Shown: positions 16,740 to 24,459, numbered from the stretch's first letter. The stretch is DNA of 32,000 bases from Desulfospira joergensenii DSM 10085 (GCF_000420085.1 NZ_ATUG01000001.1:1479223-1511222); one strand, 5' to 3'. Program-made: numbers and translations. Notes: generated from the letters alone by a model not told the origin.

Positions 16740-17993
16740 ATGAAATCAGACATCCGTTTAGACCTGCCGTTTATCCGGGAATGGGCCGTCAAAAAGAGAC
16801 CCTACCTGACCGGACAGATGAATGGTCTTGACCTGTATACAGCGCTGCAGCCCATTTTCAGCCTTGCCCACAAACGGGTGGTCGGGCATGAAGCCCTGGT
16901 AAGGGTCAAAGACACGGTAAAGGATCGCTGGGTGAGCCCTGTCTCCCTGTTTGACACCAACAAAGGTTCTGCTGAACTGATTCATCTGGACCGGCTCTGC
17001 CGCTATATTCACATCAACAACTTCAAAAGCCTGGACAATCCGGTCAACTGGCTGTTTTTAAATGTTTCCCCGACAACCATCATCAACGGCATGGAATATG
17101 GCTCCTATTTCAGAGAACTGCTTGAATTGTTTGATTTTCCGCCCCACAGGATCGTCATTGAAGTTGTGGAGCACCCCATTTCAGACAATTATCTCTTGAT
17201 GGAAAATATAGAGTTTTACAAAAGCCTTGGGTGTCTGGTGGCCATTGACGACTTCGGGGCAGGCCATTCAAATTTCAACCGCATCTGGAACCTGAAACCC
17301 GACATCGTAAAGCTGGACCGGTCATTTCTGGTAAAGGCTTCCCAGCAGAAAAACATCCGGGCTCTGCTGCCGGGGATCATTGCCCTCCTTCACCAGGCAG
17401 GCTCCCTGGTTCTGGTTGAGGGAATTGAGACCCGGGACCAGGCCATCATCGCCATTGAAAGCGATGCAGATTTTGTCCAGGGATTTTATTTTGGAAGACC
17501 TTTCACAAACCTGTCAGATCCCCCCAGGGGGTTTGATCAGTTTGGGGACCTCTTTAAGCAGTATAAGGACTTTTCCAACAGGGATGATTTACGATTTCAA
17601 AAAAGAATCGATAAGTACTCCTGCCTGTTCACCCGATCGGTGGAGGGATTAAAAAGCGGCTTGACCACGGAAGAGGCGGTAACGGGCCTGATGTCCGATC
17701 CCTCGGTTGCCAGGTGTTATCTGATCGGAACCGACGGCATCCAGATCGGCAGAACCCTGTTTTCAAAGTCCTGTGCCCTGGACAAGGATCAGCGGTTTAA
17801 GCCCATAGAAGATGCCAGAAATGCCGACTGGTTCAGGCGCCATTATTTAAAACGGGCCATTCTCCATCCGGATCAGCTCCAAATCACAAGGCCCTATCTC
17901 TCCATTACCGGTGCCCATATGTGCATTACCCTTTCCATGAAATTCAAAGGGCCGGAAAAAGACAGTGTGTTGTGCTGCGATCTTGTCCTGTAA
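16740..17993 (+). CDS. EAL-domain c-di-GMP phosphodiesterase with a C-terminal PAS/Cache-like sensory domain (YkuI-like architecture)
   Basis: EAL catalytic motifs appear intact: GHEALVR, FLNVS, IEVVEH, AIDDFGAGHSN, VKLDRSF, LVEGIET, QGFYFGRP. The C-terminal ~140 aa has a Cache/PAS-like pattern (CYLIGTDGIQIG..., ADWFRRHYL..., ITRPYLSITGAHMCITLS). No TM helices. Confidence 0.85.
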   Translation: MKSDIRLDLPFIREWAVKKRPYLTGQMNGLDLYTALQPIFSLAHKRVVGHEALVRVKDTVKDRWVSPVSLFDTNKGSAELIHLDRLCRYIHINNFKSLDNPVNWLFLNVSPTTIINGMEYGSYFRELLELFDFPPHRIVIEVVEHPISDNYLLMENIEFYKSLGCLVAIDDFGAGHSNFNRIWNLKPDIVKLDRSFLVKASQQKNIRALLPGIIALLHQAGSLVLVEGIETRDQAIIAIESDADFVQGFYFGRPFTNLSDPPRGFDQFGDLFKQYKDFSNRDDLRFQKRIDKYSCLFTRSVEGLKSGLTTEEAVTGLMSDPSVARCYLIGTDGIQIGRTLFSKSCALDKDQRFKPIEDARNADWFRRHYLKRAILHPDQLQITRPYLSITGAHMCITLSMKFKGPEKDSVLCCDLVL

Positions 17994-18051
17994 GCAGGAG
18001 AAAAGAACAACTCATCCGTTTTTATGAGCAATGGAAGCAAATGACAGCATA

Positions 18052-18366
18052 TCAAAGGACAAGGTACCTGTCGCACTCGACGGCCATCTCTGCATTCCTG
18101 GCCTGGGTGGCAAAATCCTTGAACCCGACTCCGGGAACCTCGTCTTCCCTGCCATGGAATCCACTGGCCCGGAAACTCACGTCACATACGGAGAGCCTTG
18201 CCTTGCCGACGAGTTTTTTAAAGTCAGGTTCAAAACCCAGGCTTACCGAGTTACCCGTAAAAAAAATCTGGATCTTTTTCCCCTTGGCGTATGCCGCCTC
18301 GGTCAGGTTGACCACGTATTCAAGATGCCGGTTGGATGTAACAAGGATTCCCAATGAATCAGACAT
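18052..18366 (-). CDS. DsrE/DsrF-like (TusD-type fold) small protein with a conserved-position Cys
   Basis: LGILVTSNRHLEYVVNLTEAAYAKGKKIQIFFTGNSV is a DsrE-like beta-alpha-beta N-terminus. LSVCDVSFRASGF resembles the DsrE/TusD active-site Cys-x6-R-G context. RBS AAGGAGA; the gene starts 14 nt after the upstream stop. Confidence 0.7.
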   Translation of the reverse strand: MSDSLGILVTSNRHLEYVVNLTEAAYAKGKKIQIFFTGNSVSLGFEPDFKKLVGKARLSVCDVSFRASGFHGREDEVPGVGFKDFATQARNAEMAVECDRYLVL

Positions 18367-18380
18367 ATTATCTCCTTAAA

Positions 18381-18860
18381 TCAATCTTTTCTAATCACTT
18401 TTTCTAGTTTTTTAAACAGTTTTTCCCTGACATCTTTGTCAGATGCGTGCTCCAGAATCAGAAGATAGACCGCCTCCCTGAGAAGCTCGGATTCACTTTT
18501 GGACGCATTACATCGGCTCTGATTCACTGTCTGAAACAATTCAAATACATCCTGGCTCACAGAGGTCTTGAGGTCCATGCTATTGGGCCCCAGGTTATGA
18601 AATGCCTCCATTTCCTCTTTGCCGGGGCATTCTTCCTGTGGGAAGGCTGCTTCTGTAAGAAGCTGGTAACACTCCATGGCCCTGTCCATAAACCGTTGTT
18701 TCAGAAACTCCTCGCCCAGTGACTTTACAATTTTCCTTGCCCAGAACGCATCGTCAGAGGCGGGTTCGTTCTTGGCAAGAACACGTTTGGCAGCTTCAAG
18801 GGATCTGTCATAGCAGCTGCATCTTTCAAGCATGATGGCTGAGGCAAGATCTTTATCCAT
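18381..18860 (-). CDS. Hypothetical 159-aa, predicted-helical, Cys-containing protein with no family recognised
   Basis: RBS ACAGGAGGAC lies upstream. The gene is embedded in the operon between neighbours with 14-21 nt gaps. It has five Cys residues (CSC, MECY, ECPG, RCN). Confidence 0.65.
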   Translation of the reverse strand: MDKDLASAIMLERCSCYDRSLEAAKRVLAKNEPASDDAFWARKIVKSLGEEFLKQRFMDRAMECYQLLTEAAFPQEECPGKEEMEAFHNLGPNSMDLKTSVSQDVFELFQTVNQSRCNASKSESELLREAVYLLILEHASDKDVREKLFKKLEKVIRKD

Positions 18861-18881
18861 AAATAGTCCTCCTGTAAACCA

Positions 18882-19052
18882 TTACCACCAAGAGATCACC
18901 TTATCTGCCGAAAAGATGTCCTCAACCAGGGCTTCCCAGTCGAGGTCCGGCTCATACAGGGCAACCTCTTTGTCTTCCCGGTCGGCAGTTGCCGGCAACA
19001 GGGTCTTAACGGTTTCATCCGGCTCTGTTCGATAGATATGAAGCGTTTTCAT
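18882..19052 (-). CDS. Unlisted 56-aa ORF (MKTLHIYRTEPDETVKTLLPATADREDKEVALYEPDLDWEALVEDIFSADKVISWW)
   Basis: Below the 60-aa cutoff of the ORF track. My own translation found no internal stop. A strong RBS, AAGGAGGA, lies 5 nt upstream of the ATG at 19052. The ORF fills an otherwise unexplained 200-nt gap in the operon. The MKTLHI... start is reminiscent of DsrH/TusB-type proteins, but that resemblance is weak. Confidence 0.6.
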   Translation of the reverse strand: MKTLHIYRTEPDETVKTLLPATADREDKEVALYEPDLDWEALVEDIFSADKVISWW

Positions 19053-19062
19053 GGAATCCTCC

Positions 19063-19353
19063 TTAAAACGGAATAACGACCGAGGCCTCTTTTAACAAGG
19101 CTCCGATCTCGCTGAAAGAAACAAATTTAAATCCGTATTTTTCTGCATTTTCCTCGTTGTTTGTGAAACGCTCACCCTCCATTTCATCTAAAAATTCCAT
19201 ATTTTCACTATAGGCTTCATCCATATTCGCAATTTCATGGTTTAGAACAAACATCTGGACTTCGGCCATCTCCAGCAGCAGGCCCAGACTCGTCCGAAGT
19301 GCCTCATACTGCTGTTCCACATCCTTAACCACAACCGCTATTTTTTGAGCCAT
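19063..19353 (-). CDS. Hypothetical 96-aa acidic protein; DsrE/F/H-fold-like N-terminus, no Cys
   Basis: KIAVVVKDVEQQYEALRTSLGLLLEMAEVQMFVL resembles the first beta-alpha-beta of DsrEFH-type proteins. It starts 3 nt after the tusA-like stop. Confidence 0.65.
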   Translation of the reverse strand: MAQKIAVVVKDVEQQYEALRTSLGLLLEMAEVQMFVLNHEIANMDEAYSENMEFLDEMEGERFTNNEENAEKYGFKFVSFSEIGALLKEASVVIPF

Positions 19354-19356
19354 GTT

Positions 19357-19602
19357 TTACCCCTTTTTCACGAAATATCGGGTATAGCCTTCCGCCGAAT
19401 CCTCCATGCCGAGGAACTCATTGCCTCCTTTGCCGGACCAGCCAGGGATGTCGTTCTTTGATCCCGGGTCATCTCCCAGGATCTCAAGGACCTGGCCGGA
19501 GTCCATCCCTTTCAGAGTTTTTTTTGTTTTCAAGAGGGGCATGGGGCAGGCCAGCCCCCTTGTGTCAAGCTGCAGATCCGCTGTTATTTCATTAAGCTCC
19601 AT
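19357..19602 (-). CDS. tusA: TusA/SirA-family sulfur carrier protein
   Basis: DTRGLACPMPLLKTKKTLKGM carries the CPxP active-site motif. Size is 81 aa. RBS AAGGAGA. Confidence 0.85.
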   Translation of the reverse strand: MELNEITADLQLDTRGLACPMPLLKTKKTLKGMDSGQVLEILGDDPGSKNDIPGWSGKGGNEFLGMEDSAEGYTRYFVKKG

Positions 19603-19625
19603 TTCATAATCTCCTTGGTTACAGG

Positions 19626-20819
19626 TTAAAATATGACAAATTTCTCTGATTCTTCATTCCAGATGGCAAGAAAGGCCCAGAAAACGAAAAACAGGAGAAA
19701 TAAGGGAATGGTGAGTTGCCAGGAAAAGACATCCGGCATAAATACCCCCTTTCCCAATATCTCGTTAAGATTAAGCCGGGTTATCATCTTTGATACCAGG
19801 GCATTGGAAAGGGAAAATCCCACAAGGGCCATTGCCAGTTTGAGATGCCCTTCACCGACTCGCCACAGGGTGGAACTGGCGCATCCTCCGGCCAGGATCA
19901 TACCCACGCCGAAAATAAGCCCGCCCACAAGACTGCCCAGGAAAAAGGGATGGTAAACCCCCATCATGGGCTCCTTGACCCAGGACCATTTGATTACGGC
20001 ACTGCCCATGCCGTAAATCATGAGGCTCATGGCGACCACCTTGACCATCTCGGATTCGCCGGTCATAAAGGGACACCTGAAGGCACGCACAAAACAGAAC
20101 CTTGATCGGTGCATCACAAGACCAATGAGGAATCCGAAAAAAAGGAGGCCTCCAAGAACGGCCTCATCAACGGCTGAAAAAAGATAGAATGCTCCCACGA
20201 TAAAAATCAGCAAACCGCTTCCCACATAGGGCTGAACTTTGTCCCAGCCGGCTCCGAAAATCTTGCCTCCGGATTTCTTTGCCGCCATGGGCCTGACCGG
20301 AATGTTCTCCATCTCCCAGAGAAGATATTTGAGACCTATCCATGCCCCGGCGCCAAGGCCCACCATCATGGCAATGCCTCCCATGGAGAGCATGCCGGCG
20401 GCAGTATAGAATCCCCCCACATTACATCCCTTTGAAAATGCGGCTCCTGTTCCCATGAGCAGACCGCCGATGATTCCTTTTGCGTACTCCAGCGGGGGAG
20501 CCTTTCGTATCATAAACTGGCGGCTCATGAGAGCCGAAAAAAAAGCACCGGCAAATATCCCGAAATTGGATAGAGACATGGGATGAAGCCAGGGAACAAA
20601 AGGTTTTTTATCGGTAAGGCCTGCACCATATAAGATCCAGTTTCCCCAATTTTTATACCCTCCGGCTATTCCCCAGGGCGTGTCCCAAAGAAAGAGCAAC
20701 AGGGCAATGACAGCGATAAAAATGCCGGCCAACCAGGAGGGCCAGTCCTGCTCAAAGACAGCAATATAATTTTTGCGGATTTCTTCTTTAATGCTTGAAT
20801 AAAAGGTTCCAGAGATCAT
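19626..20819 (-). CDS. YeeE/YedE-family inner-membrane transporter (thiosulfate / sulfur- or selenium-compound uptake family)
   Basis: Polytopic protein with the two family Cys loops, SKGCNVGG and AGGCASSTLW. RBS AAGGGGTG. Confidence 0.85.
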   Translation of the reverse strand: MISGTFYSSIKEEIRKNYIAVFEQDWPSWLAGIFIAVIALLLFLWDTPWGIAGGYKNWGNWILYGAGLTDKKPFVPWLHPMSLSNFGIFAGAFFSALMSRQFMIRKAPPLEYAKGIIGGLLMGTGAAFSKGCNVGGFYTAAGMLSMGGIAMMVGLGAGAWIGLKYLLWEMENIPVRPMAAKKSGGKIFGAGWDKVQPYVGSGLLIFIVGAFYLFSAVDEAVLGGLLFFGFLIGLVMHRSRFCFVRAFRCPFMTGESEMVKVVAMSLMIYGMGSAVIKWSWVKEPMMGVYHPFFLGSLVGGLIFGVGMILAGGCASSTLWRVGEGHLKLAMALVGFSLSNALVSKMITRLNLNEILGKGVFMPDVFSWQLTIPLFLLFFVFWAFLAIWNEESEKFVIF

Positions 20820-20878
20820 GTTACACCCCTTATCTATAAATCCATAATCCAGGTCGGTGTGAAGATTGAAATTTAATT

Positions 20879-20894
20879 TGCAAACTTGATACCA
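20879..20894 (-). promoter_or_regulatory. Sigma-54 (-24/-12) promoter candidate for the YeeE operon
   Basis: The minus strand reads TGGTAT-CAAGT-TTGCA. The GG and GC dinucleotides have correct 10-nt spacing. The -12 element ends 59 nt upstream of the yeeE ATG. Confidence 0.55.
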
Positions 20895-20947
20895 CTTTAA
20901 AAATCTCTATAAAATCGGTAGTTTAATTATTCACGTGCTGGTTTTTG

Positions 20948-20999
20948 TGTTAATTATTCGCTAACCGATTAACATATGATTAACATGTGTTAATCATAT
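20948..20999. promoter_or_regulatory. Palindrome array built from TGTTAAT half-sites; candidate enhancer (UAS) or operator
   Basis: A perfect 26-bp palindrome, ATATGATTAACA-TG-TGTTAATCATAT, spans 20974-20999. A second dyad, TGTTAAT-N13-ATTAACA, spans 20948-20974. A 10-bp direct repeat TTAATTATTC occurs at 20923-20932 and 20950-20959. Confidence 0.55.
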
Positions 21000-21339
21000 A
21001 CAGAACCGGAGAAGGGGTCAGAGCGGTATCAAGAATTTTATCGGGATCGATTTAGAATTTAATCAGACAGAGACGTGAACATATGGATGTCTTTTTCAAA
21101 AGAAGAAGTTCAGACCATATTATTCATTTTTTCCCGCTTAATCAACTCTATTTTATGGAAGGTCGTTTTTAAATCACACCATCGCTGCCGGGGAAGAATG
21201 GAACCGGGACTGGATAATTGACAACCTGGTAAACAGAATATCAAAAAAATTAAAACCTGGTAAAACAAAATCCTACCATTTCAAAACGCCAGGAAAGGGA
21301 TCCAAAAATATCTTATTCTGGATGTAAAGAGAATCCGGT

Positions 21340-22104
21340 TTAACCCGATTTTTTTTCCCTGAGGGGCCCCTGGCCGCCAAGAAAGCGCAGAATCCAGTCA
21401 AAGCCCAGCAGCATCAGGGCCGAGTCGTCATTTTTCACCTCATCCGCACGATCCGGCGAAACATCAAATCTCTGCAAAAAGCTGCTCTCAAAAACAAATC
21501 TGCGAAAGGTGTCCACGTTGTAACTTGCCATGTAGGCCATGTTCATGGCAGGGTTGTCCCCTCCTTTTTCACCAAAGGAATTTTTTAAGGAGAGAAGTGC
21601 GGCAACCCTTGCCCAGGAGCTGTTGTATTGATTATAAACCTCCATGCCCTGATCTTTCATCCACTGGCCGGATGTCCATTTTTTTCCATGGTCATGGCCG
21701 AGGCAGTGGCCGTGGCGGACCCGGTAGGCGGTGATGGCAAATCCCCCCTGGGGATCCCCGTGCATGGCAGGTTCCAGGGGATATGCCCGGCATGAATAGG
21801 GTCTGTCTTCATATACCCCGCAGCCCTTTTCAGATAAAAAGGGACAGGGATGGCCCTTGGCATCCCCCATTTTCAGCATCACACTGGGAAAATACGGATT
21901 GTCCCGGAAGGCGGTGAAGGTGTGTTTGACGAGAAACTCTTCCGAAGTCATGCCAAGGAAGTGTTTCAAACGGATGATGTCGTAAGGGTAAAGCAGCATG
22001 TCCGCATCCCGGCAGCACCGGGTAAAACAGGGAACGGTCTCATTGCAGGCAAATTGGAATGTGCCGCTGCCCAGAAGGTCTCTATGGGTTTCATTGTTCT
22101 TCAT
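21340..22104 (-). CDS. YkgJ-family cysteine-cluster (putative Fe-S/Zn) protein
   Basis: CNETVPCFTRCCRD and CPFLSEKGCGVYEDRPYSCRAYP are the YkgJ/UPF0153 signatures. The ATG at 22104 (MKNNETH...) has GGGTGGGAGAAG upstream and is preferred to the track start at 22188. Confidence 0.75.
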   Translation of the reverse strand: MKNNETHRDLLGSGTFQFACNETVPCFTRCCRDADMLLYPYDIIRLKHFLGMTSEEFLVKHTFTAFRDNPYFPSVMLKMGDAKGHPCPFLSEKGCGVYEDRPYSCRAYPLEPAMHGDPQGGFAITAYRVRHGHCLGHDHGKKWTSGQWMKDQGMEVYNQYNSSWARVAALLSLKNSFGEKGGDNPAMNMAYMASYNVDTFRRFVFESSFLQRFDVSPDRADEVKNDDSALMLLGFDWILRFLGGQGPLREKKSG

Positions 22105-22211
22105 TTGTCTTCTCCCACCCTTGATAGTCTCTTTTCTCTTCCAGACGAAAAATCCCCCTTCATTCCGTTTGGACCCTATCAAAATCAAATCTTTTATTTA
22201 CCTCTCATCAA

Positions 22212-22229
22212 TTCAAATGTCCATTTGAA
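22212..22229. promoter_or_regulatory. Perfect palindrome TTCAAATG-TC-CATTTGAA in the ykgJ/yvcK divergent region
   Basis: Arms are at 22212-22219 and 22222-22229. Nearby direct repeats are TTTCCCCAT (22232-22240 and 22259-22267) and TCAATT(C/G)AA (22208-22216 and 22248-22256). Confidence 0.4.
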
Positions 22230-22382
22230 AATTTCCCCATATGATTCTCAATTGAATTTTTCCCCATGGAAAACATATTTTTTTACATTTGAAGACTTAT
22301 CTGGTATAGGCTTTTCCAGCATCCTTGATATCGACCCGGCAGTTTTCGACCACGCGAATGATGAACGGAGAAGGGAAGGCCA

Positions 22383-23354
22383 GTGGAAAATGAAAAAAAA
22401 ATCGTCACCATCGGCGGAGGCAGCGGACAATTTGTCCTGTTGTCCGGTGTAAGGGACCTGGAGGACACCCAAACCACTGCCATTGTCTCCATGATGGACT
22501 CGGGCGGGAGTACGGGCAGATTAAGGGATGAACTGGGTATTCTTCCCCCAGGCGATATTTTAAAATGCATTCTGGCATTATCCCCTTACCAGAACACCTG
22601 CCGGTCCATTCTGCTCAAGCGGTTCCGGAAAGACCGGAGGCTGGCCGGCCACAGCGCCGGAAACATGCTTCTGACCATGCTGTCAAGGTATACGGGCAAT
22701 TTCCCGGCCGGTGTGGCCGCCCTTGGCGAAATCCTGGAAGTGGACGGAACCATTCTGCCGGTGACCATTGACCGGGCCACCCTGGTGGCCGAACTCACCG
22801 ACGGCAGCAGGATCTACGGAGAAGAGGCCATTGACCTGCCCAGGGGAACCCAGAGGGAGAGAATAAAAGATGTCTTTCTGGTGCCCCATCACCATGACTC
22901 GGTTTCGGTTTATCCCCCGGTTCTGGAGGCCATTGAAAAGGCTGACTTTGTTTTTATCGGGCCCGGGGATTTATTCACCAGCATCATTCCCAACCTCATT
23001 GTTCCCGGGGTAAAAGAAGCCCTGCAGAAAACCCGGGCCAAAATCTATTATATCATCAACATCATGACCAAATTCGGAGAGACCCAGAACTTTTCAGGAA
23101 AAGACTTTGTTCTCAAACTGGAGAGCCGTTTGGGGCGGCAGGTGGACGGCATCATCGGGAATCAGACCCTGCCCTCCCAAAAAGCCCTGGACACCTATCG
23201 TGAACAGAAATCCGATTTCGTTGACATGGAACGGGAGGATCCCTTCTGGGAAAACCGGGATGTCCACCTGACCGATCTTCTGGACAGCAACGCCCTTATC
23301 GTCCGCCACGAGGCCGGGAAACTGACCCGGGTCATCCGGGACATCCTCGGTTAA
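22383..23354 (+). CDS. YvcK/UPF0052 (CofD-like) family protein
   Basis: KIVTIGGGSGQFVLLSG..., AIVSMMDSGGSTGRLRDELGILPPGDILKC. GTG start, preceded by GGAGAAGGGAAGG. Confidence 0.8.
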   Translation: MENEKKIVTIGGGSGQFVLLSGVRDLEDTQTTAIVSMMDSGGSTGRLRDELGILPPGDILKCILALSPYQNTCRSILLKRFRKDRRLAGHSAGNMLLTMLSRYTGNFPAGVAALGEILEVDGTILPVTIDRATLVAELTDGSRIYGEEAIDLPRGTQRERIKDVFLVPHHHDSVSVYPPVLEAIEKADFVFIGPGDLFTSIIPNLIVPGVKEALQKTRAKIYYIINIMTKFGETQNFSGKDFVLKLESRLGRQVDGIIGNQTLPSQKALDTYREQKSDFVDMEREDPFWENRDVHLTDLLDSNALIVRHEAGKLTRVIRDILG

Positions 23355-23368
23355 CATCAAATGAATCC

Positions 23369-24334
23369 ATGATCTGTATTGTCAGCCCGACCACAGACCC
23401 CGCTGTCAACCTGGCCACGGAAGAACATCTTCTGATCAACCGGACCCAATCGATGTTCATGCTCTGGAGAAGCCGGCCGGTTGTGGTGGTCGGCCGGAAC
23501 CAAAACGCCCTGTCCCAAATCAACCATGATCTTATCCTAGATCAAAAGCTTACCGTGATCCGGCGTATCAGCGGCGGCGGAGCCGTGTACCAGGATTTGG
23601 GAAACCTTAATTTCTCTTTTATCGGCCCCCGCAATCTGTCCGTTTCCACAGACTACCTGCCCTATCTTACTCCCATTATGGAGGCCTTGGCAGGTTTGGG
23701 TGTAAATGCCTGCCCGGACGGGCAAAGCGATATCTCAGTGGACGGATTCAAGGTATCGGGCAATGCCCAGCATATACACAGAAACCGGGTGCTTCACCAC
23801 GGCACCCTTTTGTTTGACTCGGACCTTCCGGCGCTGACAGACGCCCTTACAGCCCCTTTAAACCGCTACAGGGACAACTCCGTGGATTCGGTCCGGAAAA
23901 CCGTTTCCAACTTGAAGCCCCGGCTAAAAACAGATATGGGGGTGGAATCCTTTGTGGAAAAAATGGCTGCAGCCATGACGGCCCGGCTCAATGCCGTGCG
24001 GACCGCCCTGACTATGGCGGATCACATGGCCATCCAGCAGCTGGCCCAAAAAAGGTATCGGACATGGGAATGGAATTTCGCAAGATCTCCGAAATACGAT
24101 TTTGCCCGTCACATCCAGACGCCGGCCGGTCCGGTTTCCGTGAAATTCCATGTAGCAAAGGGGATCATCGGCCAGGTCCGGATAGAAGCAAATTTCCTTA
24201 AAAAACCGGGCCGGGCCGGGCTGGAAAAAGCAGTCCGGGGAAACCGGCACCGGTACAAAGATCTTTTGGAAATTTTCCATGACCATCCCGGTTTTAAAGG
24301 TTTTGCACAGGCCTTTGTCCGGAAGCTGTTCTAA
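23369..24334 (+). CDS. lplA: Lipoate-protein ligase A
   Basis: DPAVNLATEEHLL, VVVGRNQN, RRISGGGAVYQDLGNLNFSFI and KVSGNAQHIHRNRVLHHGTLLFDSDL. It starts 14 nt after the yvcK-like stop. Confidence 0.85.
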   Translation: MICIVSPTTDPAVNLATEEHLLINRTQSMFMLWRSRPVVVVGRNQNALSQINHDLILDQKLTVIRRISGGGAVYQDLGNLNFSFIGPRNLSVSTDYLPYLTPIMEALAGLGVNACPDGQSDISVDGFKVSGNAQHIHRNRVLHHGTLLFDSDLPALTDALTAPLNRYRDNSVDSVRKTVSNLKPRLKTDMGVESFVEKMAAAMTARLNAVRTALTMADHMAIQQLAQKRYRTWEWNFARSPKYDFARHIQTPAGPVSVKFHVAKGIIGQVRIEANFLKKPGRAGLEKAVRGNRHRYKDLLEIFHDHPGFKGFAQAFVRKLF

Positions 24335-24443
24335 ATTTTAACATCCCTTCAAAACCTGCTCGATTTTTGAACACCTCTCGGATTAAATTCCTATGTTCCC
24401 CTGATCCATCTGTTGAATTTAAAGGCTTTTTTACCTTTATTTT

Positions 24444-24459
24444 CGGCACAGGACTTGCA
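24444..24459 (+). promoter_or_regulatory. Sigma-54 (-24/-12) promoter candidate
   Basis: CGGCAC-AGGAC-TTGCA, against the consensus TGGCAC-N5-TTGCA. It lies 125 nt upstream of the AhpD-like ATG. An inverted repeat, TTCAAAA-N10-TTTTGAA (24348-24371), lies about 75-95 bp further upstream. Confidence 0.6.

Noticed and set aside
17921-18379. 152-aa and 108-aa plus-strand ORFs downstream of the EAL gene
   Set aside because: They are antisense to the DsrE-like gene, which has an RBS, operon context and family motifs. The plus-strand products are low-complexity.
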